A stretch of 64,000 bases of DNA from Candidatus Latescibacterota bacterium (lineage in GTDB: Bacteria > Latescibacterota > UBA2968 > GCA-2709665): positions 864,001 through 928,000 of the forward strand of contig OZ244744.1 of assembly GCA_965219455.1 (NCBI GenBank), given 5' to 3'. The notes under the pieces are model-generated. The model had not been told where the DNA came from, searched no databases, and worked only from the letters and a program-made list of their open reading frames with translations. The translations under genes and the position numbers were made by a program. This document shows, one piece after another, positions 19,332-29,506 of this stretch (positions are counted from its first letter, which is position 1; each line of letters starts with the position of its first letter).

Positions 19332-20201
19332 CTAACCCGGCACGGTTTCACCCAGAATACGCAGCGCGTTCCGATGCGTAATCTTGTCATACGCGTCCCG
19401 GGGCAACGACAGGCCCTGGAAGAAATCCATCAGCGCCGTGTCGAAATAGTCCCGCCCCCACAGCAGTTTATCCTGAAACTCGACGAGGAATTTCTTTCCG
19501 ATCTCAGGTTCCCGCTTGAGGGCGTTCAGCGCCGAACCCGCCGAGAGGTCCGCCCACAGATTGTCGTACTGACGCATCAGATTCCACAATTTTCCCCCCG
19601 GAAGTACCGGCGCCCGAGGATATGACTCTTTGTCGTAGAGATCGTCTCCCGAGATATGTGCCCAGAACCCCGGCGCGTGACCGATGAACGTCGTTTCAGG
19701 GCAGGCCACAATCGCCCGCTCGAAAGCCTCGATACTCCCGCCGTACCAGTAGTTCGGCCTGGGATAGTTCCCGCGGCCATGATTGATGGGATAGTCGAGA
19801 TGGATCGTAATGGGCAGTTTCATTTCCGCGCAGGCGTTATAGAGTTGAATCGCATCCGGATCGTCGAACAGAACGCGCACCTTCATCTCACTGGCAACCT
19901 GGATGCCATGTATCTCGTGAGCCGCCCGCAGGCGGTCTGCCGCGTCGGGCCTTTTGGGGTGTGGAAAATAGCCCAGCACGAAGCGGTCGCGCGCATCCCT
20001 TCCCACCTGCAACACATCTTCGAGCGGAATGCCCACACCACCGGGAGGCAGGGCCTTGTGATAGGACGGATTATATTCGTCTTCCGGCACCTCCCAGGTA
20101 AACAACCACATTCTGTCGATGCCCTGCTCATCCATGTTATTCAGGATTCTCTTTGCATCGTAACCGTGCCAATTCGGATGGTTGTGGGCGTCGATCAGCA
20201 T
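19332..20201 (-). CDS. Amidohydrolase_2-family protein
   Basis: IDAHNH metal motif, 'FIGHAPGFW', 'LLWGRD'; AGGAGG RBS. Confidence 0.8.
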   Translation of the reverse strand: MLIDAHNHPNWHGYDAKRILNNMDEQGIDRMWLFTWEVPEDEYNPSYHKALPPGGVGIPLEDVLQVGRDARDRFVLGYFPHPKRPDAADRLRAAHEIHGIQVASEMKVRVLFDDPDAIQLYNACAEMKLPITIHLDYPINHGRGNYPRPNYWYGGSIEAFERAIVACPETTFIGHAPGFWAHISGDDLYDKESYPRAPVLPGGKLWNLMRQYDNLWADLSAGSALNALKREPEIGKKFLVEFQDKLLWGRDYFDTALMDFFQGLSLPRDAYDKITHRNALRILGETVPG

Positions 20202-20406
20202 TTCAATCTACCTCCTGAGAAAGATCTCACACAAAGTCACGAAGACGCGAGAACACGAGGAAATCAGAACGTCCGGCGGCTTCATCGGAAGGCCATCAAA
20301 TTCAGAGACCACGAATCCCCGGCCATTTGGGAGCGTCCCGGAGACTCTGCGGTGGGAAGGTATTTTTCGGTTGCGGCAGGGTCTTTCTACAGCGCGAACA
20401 AACGAC

Positions 20407-20434
20407 TTGACAAATCAACCGAACCGGGTAATAT
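20407..20434 (+). promoter_or_regulatory. Sigma70-like promoter
   Basis: TTGACA-N16-TAATAT upstream of the gene at 20488. Confidence 0.55.
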
Positions 20435-20487
20435 GGAACGGGTAACCAGGCCTTCTACACACACGGCCGCCGCAATAAATCACGTGT

Positions 20488-21720
20488 ATGACTGAAAGGA
20501 ATGGTATGGTCACACAAACCAACGGCAGACGGGTGAACCTCGCCATTGTAGGCTGCGGCGGCATCGCCGGAGCGCATCTCAGGGGTTACGCCGAACTCAT
20601 GGAAAAAAACGAAACGCGCTTCCGCATTGTCGCTACCGTAGACGACATTCCGGAACGCGCCAGAGACATGGCGGACCGGATTGAGAGCCACACAGATCAG
20701 CCGGTTAACGCCTACCGGACCGTGGAGGAATTGCTCAACGGCGAGAAACATCTGGATGGCGCCGACATCTGCGGGCCCCACGGCCTGCATCACCTCCTGG
20801 CCTGTGAGCTTCTTGCCGGCGGCGTGAATATCCTCTGCGAGAAGCCCATCGGCATCACCGTGAAAGCCACGAAAAAAATAATCGCCGCCGCAAAAAAACA
20901 CAAACGCATTGCCGCAACGGCCGAACAATGCCGCCGTAGCGTCGGCCAGCGCGCCATCCACTGGGCGCTTAACGCGGGTGGGCTGCTGGGGAAACCCCGA
21001 TTCTGGCTGGCAGCCAGCGCCTCGTGGCAGGACCCGAAAAATATCCCGGCCTGGCACTGGCGGGTTGACCGCCACCTGGGGGGATGCGGCATGCTGATGG
21101 ACAGCGGCGCCCATTGGGTGGACACCATGCGCTACTGGTTCGGTGAAGTCCACAGCGTGTACGCCCGCGTGGAACAAATCGAAAAACGCCCACACAGGAA
21201 GGGGCGAAGGATCGTCAACGACACGCGAGAAGACTTCTGGACCAGTATTTTCAACTTCAAGAACGGCGTTATCGGAACCTGGTCATGGACCAACAGCGCC
21301 CCGGGAAAAGGATTTCTGCAACTCAGCCTGACGGGCAGCAGGGGCACCATTGTGGAATACGATATCTTCCATCCTGCGGAAAGCACCCATCGCGGCGAGT
21401 GCCAGCTCCTGGATGGCGTTACCTACAGCATGGAACGAGTTGTGGATATGTTTCGGAAAAGCCTGAGCAAAGACGAGAACGAACGTCTGTTTCCCTACGG
21501 CATCACCGGCGGCATGCCCCTGGAACTCTGGGATTTCATCGACGCGATAAGCACAGGGCGCAACGTGGAAATCGATGCCGAGGAAGGCCTGCGCAGCAAG
21601 GCCTTAGGCGAAGCGCTGTATGAATCGGGAAATTCTGGCGAAGTCGTCAAGGTCAACGACGTGCTCAGCGGGAAAATCAGCGCCTATCAGAGCGACATCG
21701 ACGATTACTGGAAACTGTAA
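20488..21720 (+). CDS. Gfo/Idh/MocA-family oxidoreductase
   Basis: GCGGIA Rossmann motif, CEKP, 'MDSGAH'. Confidence 0.88.
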   Translation: MTERNGMVTQTNGRRVNLAIVGCGGIAGAHLRGYAELMEKNETRFRIVATVDDIPERARDMADRIESHTDQPVNAYRTVEELLNGEKHLDGADICGPHGLHHLLACELLAGGVNILCEKPIGITVKATKKIIAAAKKHKRIAATAEQCRRSVGQRAIHWALNAGGLLGKPRFWLAASASWQDPKNIPAWHWRVDRHLGGCGMLMDSGAHWVDTMRYWFGEVHSVYARVEQIEKRPHRKGRRIVNDTREDFWTSIFNFKNGVIGTWSWTNSAPGKGFLQLSLTGSRGTIVEYDIFHPAESTHRGECQLLDGVTYSMERVVDMFRKSLSKDENERLFPYGITGGMPLELWDFIDAISTGRNVEIDAEEGLRSKALGEALYESGNSGEVVKVNDVLSGKISAYQSDIDDYWKL

Positions 21721-21796
21721 AGCGCCGCGCCGTACCCGGGTATGGTTGGCAAACCACCGCCTTCAAACTGAATCCGGGAACAGCGCGGCGCTTACA

Positions 21797-23644
21797 CTAC
21801 GACCTCTGAAGTGCGGCCTGCTCGGCCGAGAGGGTCCGCAGCAAGTGATCGGTATCCTGTTGAAATCGTTCCAGCGGCTCCTGGATCTGGTGCCGGAATT
21901 CCTCACAGGTTGCCTGATAGTACTCCTGGGCGGCCCCCCGGAGCACCTTGGCGTGATGCTGAAGGGTCCTCTGGTCGTCCTGAAAGTGCTCGAAGCGATG
22001 GTGCACCGATCTCATGAGCCGGCTGGCGTACGCGCCCATGTTCTTCCGGTAGGCCGCGCGATAGCCATTCCTGAAATGCTCCAGATGTTCGGACGCCTCG
22101 TCAAGAAACGTCTTCACCTCGTCTACCTGCAACGCGCGTTGCGTGGTCAGTATCAGGTGATGCCCCTGCACGGCCAGACGCACCCCGTCCGGCAGACTGG
22201 CGGGATGTTTAATGAGCACTTGTGACAGAAACTTCCAGTAGTGCCACCGGTAATTCCGGCCCCAGATGCCCTGGCGCCAGATCGACCTGAAAACCGCCTT
22301 GACCTCGAGCATCCGAATAGATCCTCTGGAAATCGGATTACGCCCCCGGTGATTCAGGAATGTGAGGCATCGTTCGAAAAACATCTCCGGGCTGTTTAAT
22401 ATTTCAACCGTCTTCCGATGCCGTTCCAGCAACGTATCCGGATCGATCAGCGGGACGTAGCTCAGTTCACGGCTGAAAATTCCCGAATCTCCGGTGTACT
22501 TCGCACCCTCCACCAACCGCCCCTGCCTGCTGAACCGCTTGTAGTCGGGCGTATCCCGCAACACACCCAGAATACCCACCATAGCTACCGGAATGCCCGC
22601 CTCCCTGATGAAGGCGATGGTCCGTTCGGCGATATCGTCGGGGTCGGTGTCCAGGCCGATAATGAATCCCGCCTGCACTTCGAACCCGGTTTTCTGGAGA
22701 ATTTTGACCTTGTCCATCAACGAGGTGTTGCCCTGCAGATTCTTCTGGGCACCCATGAATTTCAGGCTCTCTTCAACCGGTGACTCAATTCCGGCGAACA
22801 CTTTGTCGAACCCCGCGTGATACATGGCGTCGAGCAATTCCGGATCGTCGCTCACGCGGATGCTGGCCTGGGTATGGAACTGGAACGGATACCCGCGCTC
22901 CTGCTGCCACGGCACGACCTCATCGGTCAGGGCGTGCCGAATGGCATCCCGGTTACCCACGAAATTATCGTCGACCGCCATCACGGCACCACGCCACCCC
23001 ACATTGTAGAGCGCGTCCAGTTCCTCGACCATTCTGCTCTTGCTCTTAAGGCGCGTTGTTTTTCCATATAACGAAGGAATATTGCAGAATGTGCAGCTTT
23101 CGGGGCACCCGCGCGTGACCTGGAATACCATATTGCTATAGTCTTCGAAATTGACGAGGGACCAGCGCGGGAGCGGTGTTGCCGCCAGATCCTGAAATTT
23201 GCCGCGACGATCCACGTATTCCCGTTCAACCTCTCCTGTACCGGAAGCGAGTCGATCTACAATATCCAAAAACCCGTTTTCGGCCTCGCCCAGATAAAAT
23301 ATCGCATCCCCCTCGATCTCTTCGTAGTATTGAGTGGGCAGAGGGCCTCCGTTCAATACCGGCACGCCCATCCGGTTGCAGCGTGCAATCACGTCTTCCA
23401 AAGAGTGCCAATGTATGATCATCGACGACGTTATGACAATATCGGCCCACTCAAGCTCCTCGTCGATCAGCGGGCGCGCATTCATGTCGACCATCCGCAT
23501 TTTGTAGGAATCGGGCATCATTCCCGCAATGGTCAGGAGACCCAGTGGCGGAAATGCGACTTTCCTGTCGACCATTTTGAGTGCTTCCTCAAAACTCCAG
23601 AACGTAACCGGATTCTGGGGACTGACCAGCAACGCATTCGGCAT
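21797..23644 (-). CDS. B12-binding radical SAM protein with DUF4070
   Basis: Start MPNALLVSPQ; 'PPLGLLTIA' B12-type N-terminus; CPESCTFC; 'DDNF', 'GIES', 'AGFIIG'. Confidence 0.85.
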   Translation of the reverse strand: MPNALLVSPQNPVTFWSFEEALKMVDRKVAFPPLGLLTIAGMMPDSYKMRMVDMNARPLIDEELEWADIVITSSMIIHWHSLEDVIARCNRMGVPVLNGGPLPTQYYEEIEGDAIFYLGEAENGFLDIVDRLASGTGEVEREYVDRRGKFQDLAATPLPRWSLVNFEDYSNMVFQVTRGCPESCTFCNIPSLYGKTTRLKSKSRMVEELDALYNVGWRGAVMAVDDNFVGNRDAIRHALTDEVVPWQQERGYPFQFHTQASIRVSDDPELLDAMYHAGFDKVFAGIESPVEESLKFMGAQKNLQGNTSLMDKVKILQKTGFEVQAGFIIGLDTDPDDIAERTIAFIREAGIPVAMVGILGVLRDTPDYKRFSRQGRLVEGAKYTGDSGIFSRELSYVPLIDPDTLLERHRKTVEILNSPEMFFERCLTFLNHRGRNPISRGSIRMLEVKAVFRSIWRQGIWGRNYRWHYWKFLSQVLIKHPASLPDGVRLAVQGHHLILTTQRALQVDEVKTFLDEASEHLEHFRNGYRAAYRKNMGAYASRLMRSVHHRFEHFQDDQRTLQHHAKVLRGAAQEYYQATCEEFRHQIQEPLERFQQDTDHLLRTLSAEQAALQRS

Positions 23645-23897
23645 GTAGCAACCCTTTCCAAGTTCACATAAAAAGACCGCCCATTCGGGAATGGCCACAC
23701 GACCATAGCAGGTCGTCTACCCATCCTGACGTGCCGACGCCCGACCGGAGTGGGCATCAAACACTTCTGGTTATAATATAATGTTTTTTAGGATTCACGC
23801 CACAGTAAAAATGACCGGCGCCGCCGCCCCTCTATCCGCCAGCGCCGGGCTTCGATCGGACGGGCCTCCATCCGCCGCCCGGACTTCCAGATTACCC

Positions 23898-23927
23898 TTG
23901 ACAGAGCGTCTGAAAACGCTATAACAT
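23898..23927 (+). promoter_or_regulatory. Sigma70-like promoter of the phyH-phyH-nth cluster
   Basis: TTGACA followed by TATAAC (N16) or TAACAT (N18). Confidence 0.55.
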
Positions 23928-23990
23928 ACCCGAGAGATCTGAATCTCGGATCCGCCGGATTCATCCGTTCACAAACCGCGGGAGCATGCC

Positions 23991-24728
23991 TTGAGTCTGA
24001 CCGAAGAGGATCTCTGGTACTTCAACCTCACCGGCTTCCACATGGTGCCGGAAACGCTGCCTGGCGATCTGGTCGAACGCCTGAATGCCGTGACCGACCA
24101 GCAGATCATCGGGATGATCGAGCCGGTCGTTTGGGAGAAAACCGGCTCCCGCGAACCGGAAGACGTGCGACGGCTCTCGAAAATTCTCTCTCGCGACCGC
24201 ACGTACATGGAAGCTGCCGTCCATCCTCTTGTTCTGGATCCACTGACATCCGTCCTCGGGCCCAATATCGAATTACTCACGAACAAACACAATCACATCA
24301 TGGTGCGGCCGCCAGGGTCCGAACACGTTTACTGGCACAGCGGGGAAGAACCCTACCATCCCACGCTGGTCACCGCCCTCATCTACCTCGAGGAATCCAC
24401 TCTGGAGAACGGCTGCGTCCGAATCGTGCCCGGCAGTCATCGGCGCCCCTTCCAGCGCCAGCGGCGTCCGAACGAGGGATTCGAATCGTGCGATCTCTAT
24501 CACAAATCCCTTCCGGTTCCAATGCCGCGGGGCGGTGTGCTGCTCTTCAATGACTGCTGTTTCCACGGTGCGGGCGTCAACGGCGCCGACACTTCCCGCA
24601 GAAGCATGACCCTGGCCTACCAGGCGCACGACCCGCATGACGTGGTAAAGGACGACCCGGAAAAAATACTCGCGGCCGGAGAGCGAATCTACATCGGGCA
24701 CCCCCACCCGTTCCCGCAAATCTCATAA
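23991..24728 (+). CDS. PhyH-family Fe(II)/2OG enzyme with HxG motif (candidate halogenase)
   Basis: TTG start after GGGAG; 'ENGC..IVPGSH', distal 'FHG', 'RRS'; facial-triad site reads W-H-S-G. Confidence 0.8.
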   Translation: MSLTEEDLWYFNLTGFHMVPETLPGDLVERLNAVTDQQIIGMIEPVVWEKTGSREPEDVRRLSKILSRDRTYMEAAVHPLVLDPLTSVLGPNIELLTNKHNHIMVRPPGSEHVYWHSGEEPYHPTLVTALIYLEESTLENGCVRIVPGSHRRPFQRQRRPNEGFESCDLYHKSLPVPMPRGGVLLFNDCCFHGAGVNGADTSRRSMTLAYQAHDPHDVVKDDPEKILAAGERIYIGHPHPFPQIS

Positions 24729-24742
24729 CTGGATCATTGTCA

Positions 24743-25453
24743 ATGCCCCTCTCGCCAGAACAGGTACACCTGTTTCGCCACAACGGCTTCCTGAAACTGC
24801 CGGATCGCATATCCGAAAAGACCATCGAGAGGCTCCGACGGGCTATTCTGGCGGATATCGAGGCGGAGGTCGAACCCGTGGTGAGGAACAAAGACGGGCG
24901 GGTTGTCAGGATCTCGGATCTGGTGGACCGAGATCCGATTTTCCTTGAGACAGCGTCCAGTTCCGTTGTGCTCGACCCGCTGGAGTGCCTGATGGGGCCC
25001 AATATTGAACTTGTCAAGAACCGGCACAACCACGCAACCATGAACACGTCGGTGGAAACTCGGCCGGACGGATTGCACCGCGACGTAAGACAATGGTCCC
25101 GGACGATCTTTACGGTAATCTTCTACCTGGAAGAGACGACGGCCGAAAACGGCGCCACTCTTCTCGTGCCTGGCTCTCACCATTTTCCCGGTAACGAAGG
25201 TCGCCTTTACGGACAAGGGTGGACCCAATCCATACTCGCGCAGTCGGTGGTCGCGCCCATGCCCGCCGGCGGCATGCTTGTAATCGACAGCATGATTGTG
25301 CACGGCATCGGTCAGAACCGTACAGACGGCACCCGCATGAGCATGACCATCGGATACCACAGTGTGGATGAACTTTCCGATGTTCCAAACCCCAAACGCA
25401 TTCGGGTCCGCGGCGATACCGTTTATGACGGAAACGACACCCGAAGAACCTGA
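24743..25453 (+). CDS. PhyH-family Fe(II)/2OG dioxygenase (canonical HxD)
   Basis: 'LHRD', 'ENGATLLVPGSH', 'VHG', 'RMS'. Confidence 0.85.
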   Translation: MPLSPEQVHLFRHNGFLKLPDRISEKTIERLRRAILADIEAEVEPVVRNKDGRVVRISDLVDRDPIFLETASSSVVLDPLECLMGPNIELVKNRHNHATMNTSVETRPDGLHRDVRQWSRTIFTVIFYLEETTAENGATLLVPGSHHFPGNEGRLYGQGWTQSILAQSVVAPMPAGGMLVIDSMIVHGIGQNRTDGTRMSMTIGYHSVDELSDVPNPKRIRVRGDTVYDGNDTRRT

Positions 25454-25538
25454 TTGAACGGTCCTCCACACCTCGAAGCGCCCCGTCGATCCGTCGACCT
25501 GGAGGGTGCGCGGGACACGGGAACCGCAGGAGCGAAAC

Positions 25539-26222
25539 ATGGACGGCATCCACGATATGGGCGGGATGCACGGATTCGGCCCTATCGTACGCGAAGAAAA
25601 CGAACCGTTATTTCACCATAGGTGGGAAAAGCGCGTGCTGGGCATCGCCGTAGCCACACCAGTACCTGTCCCCGGAGGTTCACGCAACAATATTGAGAAC
25701 ATGGATCCGGCCCATTACCTATCTTCCTCCTACTATGAAAAGTGGCTGCATTCCAGGATCAAAGGCCTGATCGATGCCGGCGTGCTGACGGCAGACGAGT
25801 TGGAGACGAGAATGTCGCTATTCCAAAACAGGCCGAACGCCGAGGCTCCGGTCCACCCCGACCCGGATGCCGTCCGGGAAGAACTCGCAAGTCGAAGACC
25901 CGTTTCATCGCCCGGACCGCAGGCGGATATCCAGCCACAATTTCAAAAGGGCGACCGCGTAAGGGCGCGCAACATCTACCCCGAAGGACACACCCGACTT
26001 CCCCGATACGTCCGGGGCAAAGCCGGTACCGTCGTCCGATTTTACGGAATTCACAACCTCCAGGATACCGTAATGCCCAACGGATGCGTCCACCGCAAGC
26101 AGCCCCTGTACCCCGTCAGGTTCGACGCCGGCGAACTGTGGGGCGAGTCGGCAGAAGCCGAAAACGCCGTCTACCTGGACATGTGGGAAGGTTACCTGGC
26201 AACGGCGCAATCACAATCATAA
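25539..26222 (+). CDS. nthB: Nitrile hydratase beta subunit
   Basis: MDGIHDMGGMHGFG, 'SYYEKW', 'HTRLPRYVRGK', 'DMWEGYL'; AGGAG RBS. Confidence 0.95.
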   Translation: MDGIHDMGGMHGFGPIVREENEPLFHHRWEKRVLGIAVATPVPVPGGSRNNIENMDPAHYLSSSYYEKWLHSRIKGLIDAGVLTADELETRMSLFQNRPNAEAPVHPDPDAVREELASRRPVSSPGPQADIQPQFQKGDRVRARNIYPEGHTRLPRYVRGKAGTVVRFYGIHNLQDTVMPNGCVHRKQPLYPVRFDAGELWGESAEAENAVYLDMWEGYLATAQSQS

Positions 26223-26240
26223 TAGTGGGGAGTCGCTTCC

Positions 26241-26849
26241 ATGAGCAGGCATTCAGACGCAGGCCAGGCCGAGTCCGACGCGGCCCTTCGCACCCGGGCG
26301 CTTGAATCGCTCCTGGTTGAAAAAGGATTGCTGACGACCGGCATCATAGACAGAGTCGTGGACAGGTACGAGAAAGACGTGGGACCGCTCAACGGCGCCA
26401 GGGTGGTTGCCCGCGCATGGACGGACCCCGACTACAAGCGCAGACTGCTGGAGAACGGCACCGCGGCGATAGCCGAACTGGGTTTCATCGGCAAGGAGGG
26501 CGCCGAGATCGTCGTCCTGGAAAACACGTCAAGAGTCCACAACGTCATCGTCTGCACCCTCTGTTCCTGTTACCCCTGGCCGGTACTCGGCCTGCCGCCC
26601 GGCTGGTACAAATCCTACGCTTACCGCTCGCGACTTGTCCGGGAACCCCGAGCCGTGCTTCGGGAATTCGACCTTCATCTGCCGGATTCCGTAGAGGCCC
26701 GTGTCTGGGACAGCAATTCGGATCTCCGCTATATGGTCCTGCCGGAACGGCCTGCCGGAACGGAAGACTATACCGAAGACGACCTTATCCCGCTGGTCAC
26801 ACGCGACGCGATGATCGGCGTGGCCAACATAGAATCCCCCACAACGTGA
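26241..26849 (+). CDS. nthA: Cobalt-type nitrile hydratase alpha subunit
   Basis: VCTLCSCY claw motif (Thr/Tyr = cobalt type); '[11 protein letters not shown]'. Confidence 0.97.
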   Translation: MSRHSDAGQAESDAALRTRALESLLVEKGLLTTGIIDRVVDRYEKDVGPLNGARVVARAWTDPDYKRRLLENGTAAIAELGFIGKEGAEIVVLENTSRVHNVIVCTLCSCYPWPVLGLPPGWYKSYAYRSRLVREPRAVLREFDLHLPDSVEARVWDSNSDLRYMVLPERPAGTEDYTEDDLIPLVTRDAMIGVANIESPTT

Positions 26850-26856
26850 GACCAGG

Positions 26857-27207
26857 ATGACTCGCGGCATCGACCGGAAGATCGCAGACGCGGAACAGGA
26901 GTCTGCGCTGCCCAGGGAAAACGGAGAACTCCTTTTTCACGCCCCCTGGGAAGCACGCGCTTTCGGCCTGGCCGTGGCGCTCTGTGAGCGCCGAGTTTAC
27001 GAATGGCGCGAATTCAGCGCCGTGCTGGCATCCAGGATTGCCGCCACCGAAAAAGAAAACGACCCATCGAGCTACTACGCCCGATGGGTGGCTTCGCTTG
27101 AAGAAGTGGCCCTCGAAAAAGGCCTGATCGCACGCGAACAACTGGAGGCAAGAACGTTGAAATTCGCCTCGGAAATGGCCGAGGATCACGGCCACAGCCA
27201 CTCGTAG
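26857..27207 (+). CDS. Nitrile hydratase accessory protein (P14K-like)
   Basis: 'LPRENGELLFHAPWEARAF', 'YYARW', His-rich tail; follows nthA. Confidence 0.9.
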   Translation: MTRGIDRKIADAEQESALPRENGELLFHAPWEARAFGLAVALCERRVYEWREFSAVLASRIAATEKENDPSSYYARWVASLEEVALEKGLIAREQLEARTLKFASEMAEDHGHSHS

Positions 27208-27288
27208 CCCGCAAGCGCCGGAGCCGATTGCCCAGGTCGATTCCCCGTGGCGGGCCAGGACTGAAATAACGGCAATTCAACCCATCGT

Positions 27289-28272
27289 TTACGCGCCGAT
27301 TTTAAGCGGCCGGCCCTTCCGAGCCGACGCATAGATCGCCTCCAGCAACGCCACCGTACGGCGCCCTTCCCTCCCGTCGACACGGAGGCGCGTCTTTCTC
27401 TCCACCGCGCTGACCACGTCCTCCACAACATTCTGAAACGGGTTCTCCACCGCCGCCATCCGCTCCTGCAAGCCCTCGCCGAATACTCGCATATTGCCGC
27501 TGAGCACGTCGTCGATCAGCACCCCGCCATCCGTCCCGTGAACTTCGGCGCTGAAATAGACACTGGTTGGAAACGTGGTGGTTCCGACAACCGTACCCTT
27601 TGCGCCATTCTCGAAATTCACGATTGCCAACCCGATATCCTCTGTCTCGATTTCGTGATTCATAATGGCCATTTCGCCATAGACGGAAACAGCGTCGCCC
27701 ATAAACCAGCACAGCACGTCCAGCAAGTGCGCCCCCTGGTTGGCCAGCGATCCGCCGCCGTCCATCTTCCACGTCCCGCGCCATCCTCCGCTTGCCGCGA
27801 AGTAGGAGGGCGCCCTGAACCATTTGAATCGCACCTCGCCGAGAATTGGCTTGCCCAGCCACCCCTGCCGCAGCGCCTCGGCCACCCGACAGTTGTTGTC
27901 GACGTACCGGCTATTGTAATCCACGCCGCAGAGTACACCGGCCTCGTCGCATGCCGCGATCAAGCGATCGCACGCCCCGGTAGACACGTCCATGGGCTTG
28001 GTCGTAATCACGTGTTTGCCCGCCCGCGCGGCTTGAATTCCCACTTCGGCGTGGGTCCCGCTGGGCGTCATCACCATCACCACGTCCACGTCATCCCGGT
28101 TCAACGCCGCGTCGAGATCCGTTGTCCCTACCACATCCAGTTCTGAACCCGCTTCCCTGAGACGGGTTTCGTCCAGATCCACCACCACTTTCAATTCCGC
28201 TCCATCTGTGTCCTGTATCATCCTGGACCGATTGCGTCCCATACCCAGGCCAACCACCGCAAACCCAACCAT
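27289..28272 (-). CDS. Gfo/Idh/MocA-family oxidoreductase
   Basis: GLGMG, TKP, 'WRGTWKMDGGGSLANQGAH'. Confidence 0.88.
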   Translation of the reverse strand: MVGFAVVGLGMGRNRSRMIQDTDGAELKVVVDLDETRLREAGSELDVVGTTDLDAALNRDDVDVVMVMTPSGTHAEVGIQAARAGKHVITTKPMDVSTGACDRLIAACDEAGVLCGVDYNSRYVDNNCRVAEALRQGWLGKPILGEVRFKWFRAPSYFAASGGWRGTWKMDGGGSLANQGAHLLDVLCWFMGDAVSVYGEMAIMNHEIETEDIGLAIVNFENGAKGTVVGTTTFPTSVYFSAEVHGTDGGVLIDDVLSGNMRVFGEGLQERMAAVENPFQNVVEDVVSAVERKTRLRVDGREGRRTVALLEAIYASARKGRPLKIGA

Positions 28273-28401
28273 ATAGAACCCTCCATCCGGTTATGTCATC
28301 GCAGGTTCTCTCCGTGCGCCTTGCACCAACACAAGGTTCGCGCCCAATCTTCCGGTTACGGAATCGACTTCATTTCCCGGTCTTGCGCCGACCGCGTGCG
28401 T

Positions 28402-29355
28402 TCAGCCGAACAACCCCCGGATCCGATCCAGGCAGTCGCGAGAAAGCGCTTTCCCGGCCGCATTGACGATACCTGTAAGTTGCGCGGGCGTCTTCGCGCC
28501 GGGAATGACCGTGGAAACCGCCGGATTGGAAAGAACGAACCGCAGTGCTGCTTCGACCATCGAATCCGCCTCTTCCAGCAGGAAATCCAGCTTCGCGACC
28601 CGTGCGGCCGTCTCCTTCACCCGCTCCGGCGTATATCTGAGACTTCGTAAATCGTCAGCGGGGAATACAGTCTTCGCGTCGTATTTGCCCGTCAGCCAAC
28701 CCGAAGCCAACGGCACGCGCGCGATCATGCCCACTCCCTTCTCGATGGCCGCGGGGAAAAGCGCGTCGCCCTCCTTCTGCTGCAGGATATTGTACACGAG
28801 CTGGATGGCCTCGGCGCCTCCTTCCATGGCGCGCAGGCCTTCCTCCACGACCCTGTCGGAGGTCTCCACCGGACTGATGGACACGCCCCATGCACGAATC
28901 TTTCCGGATCCCTTCAGGTCCTTCATCAGCCCGAACAACGCGTCCGTCATCCCCTCCATGGGAGGACCGTGCAGGAGGTAGAGATCCACGTGATCGCGCT
29001 CCAGACGAGTGAGACTTGCATCGAGAGCGCCCATAATATACGGTTCTGAGAAGTCCTGGCCCGGCGCCGCAAGGCTCATCCCCACCTTGGTGCAGACCAC
29101 GGCGTCGTTTTTGTTTTCGTATAACCCCAATCCAACCAGGACCTCGCTCTTTCCGCGACCGTACGCATCCGCCGTATCGTAAAATGTGATACCCTGGGTC
29201 CACGAACGGCGGACGGTATCTATCGACGCCATTACATCCACGCCGGACCATCCCGTCGGACTGCCCCCCCTGAACGACGCCCCGCCGATCGGCCAGCAGC
29301 CCAAGCCCACCTCCGAAACCTGAATCCCGGTTTTTCCAAGTTCCCGCAGTTCCAT
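28402..29355 (-). CDS. Aldo/keto reductase
   Basis: Start MELRELGKTG; 'DTADAYG', 'DLYLLH', 'VIPGAKT'. Confidence 0.9.
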   Translation of the reverse strand: MELRELGKTGIQVSEVGLGCWPIGGASFRGGSPTGWSGVDVMASIDTVRRSWTQGITFYDTADAYGRGKSEVLVGLGLYENKNDAVVCTKVGMSLAAPGQDFSEPYIMGALDASLTRLERDHVDLYLLHGPPMEGMTDALFGLMKDLKGSGKIRAWGVSISPVETSDRVVEEGLRAMEGGAEAIQLVYNILQQKEGDALFPAAIEKGVGMIARVPLASGWLTGKYDAKTVFPADDLRSLRYTPERVKETAARVAKLDFLLEEADSMVEAALRFVLSNPAVSTVIPGAKTPAQLTGIVNAAGKALSRDCLDRIRGLFG

Positions 29356-29506
29356 ACGCCCCCCGTATCTGAAAAACCAATTCAACTGCATCGCAACGGC
29401 ACAATAAACAGAAATCCGGTTCGCCGCACGTCCATACCTTCCCGGCGTGTTGGACGGCCGGTTACCGGAACCCTCTTCCGACATTCGAAACATTGAGACG
29501 CACGGT

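Noticed and set aside
26241-26849. NHLP RiPP precursor
   Set aside because: It is a full-length alpha subunit with an intact CTLCSC metal site and an adjacent beta subunit.
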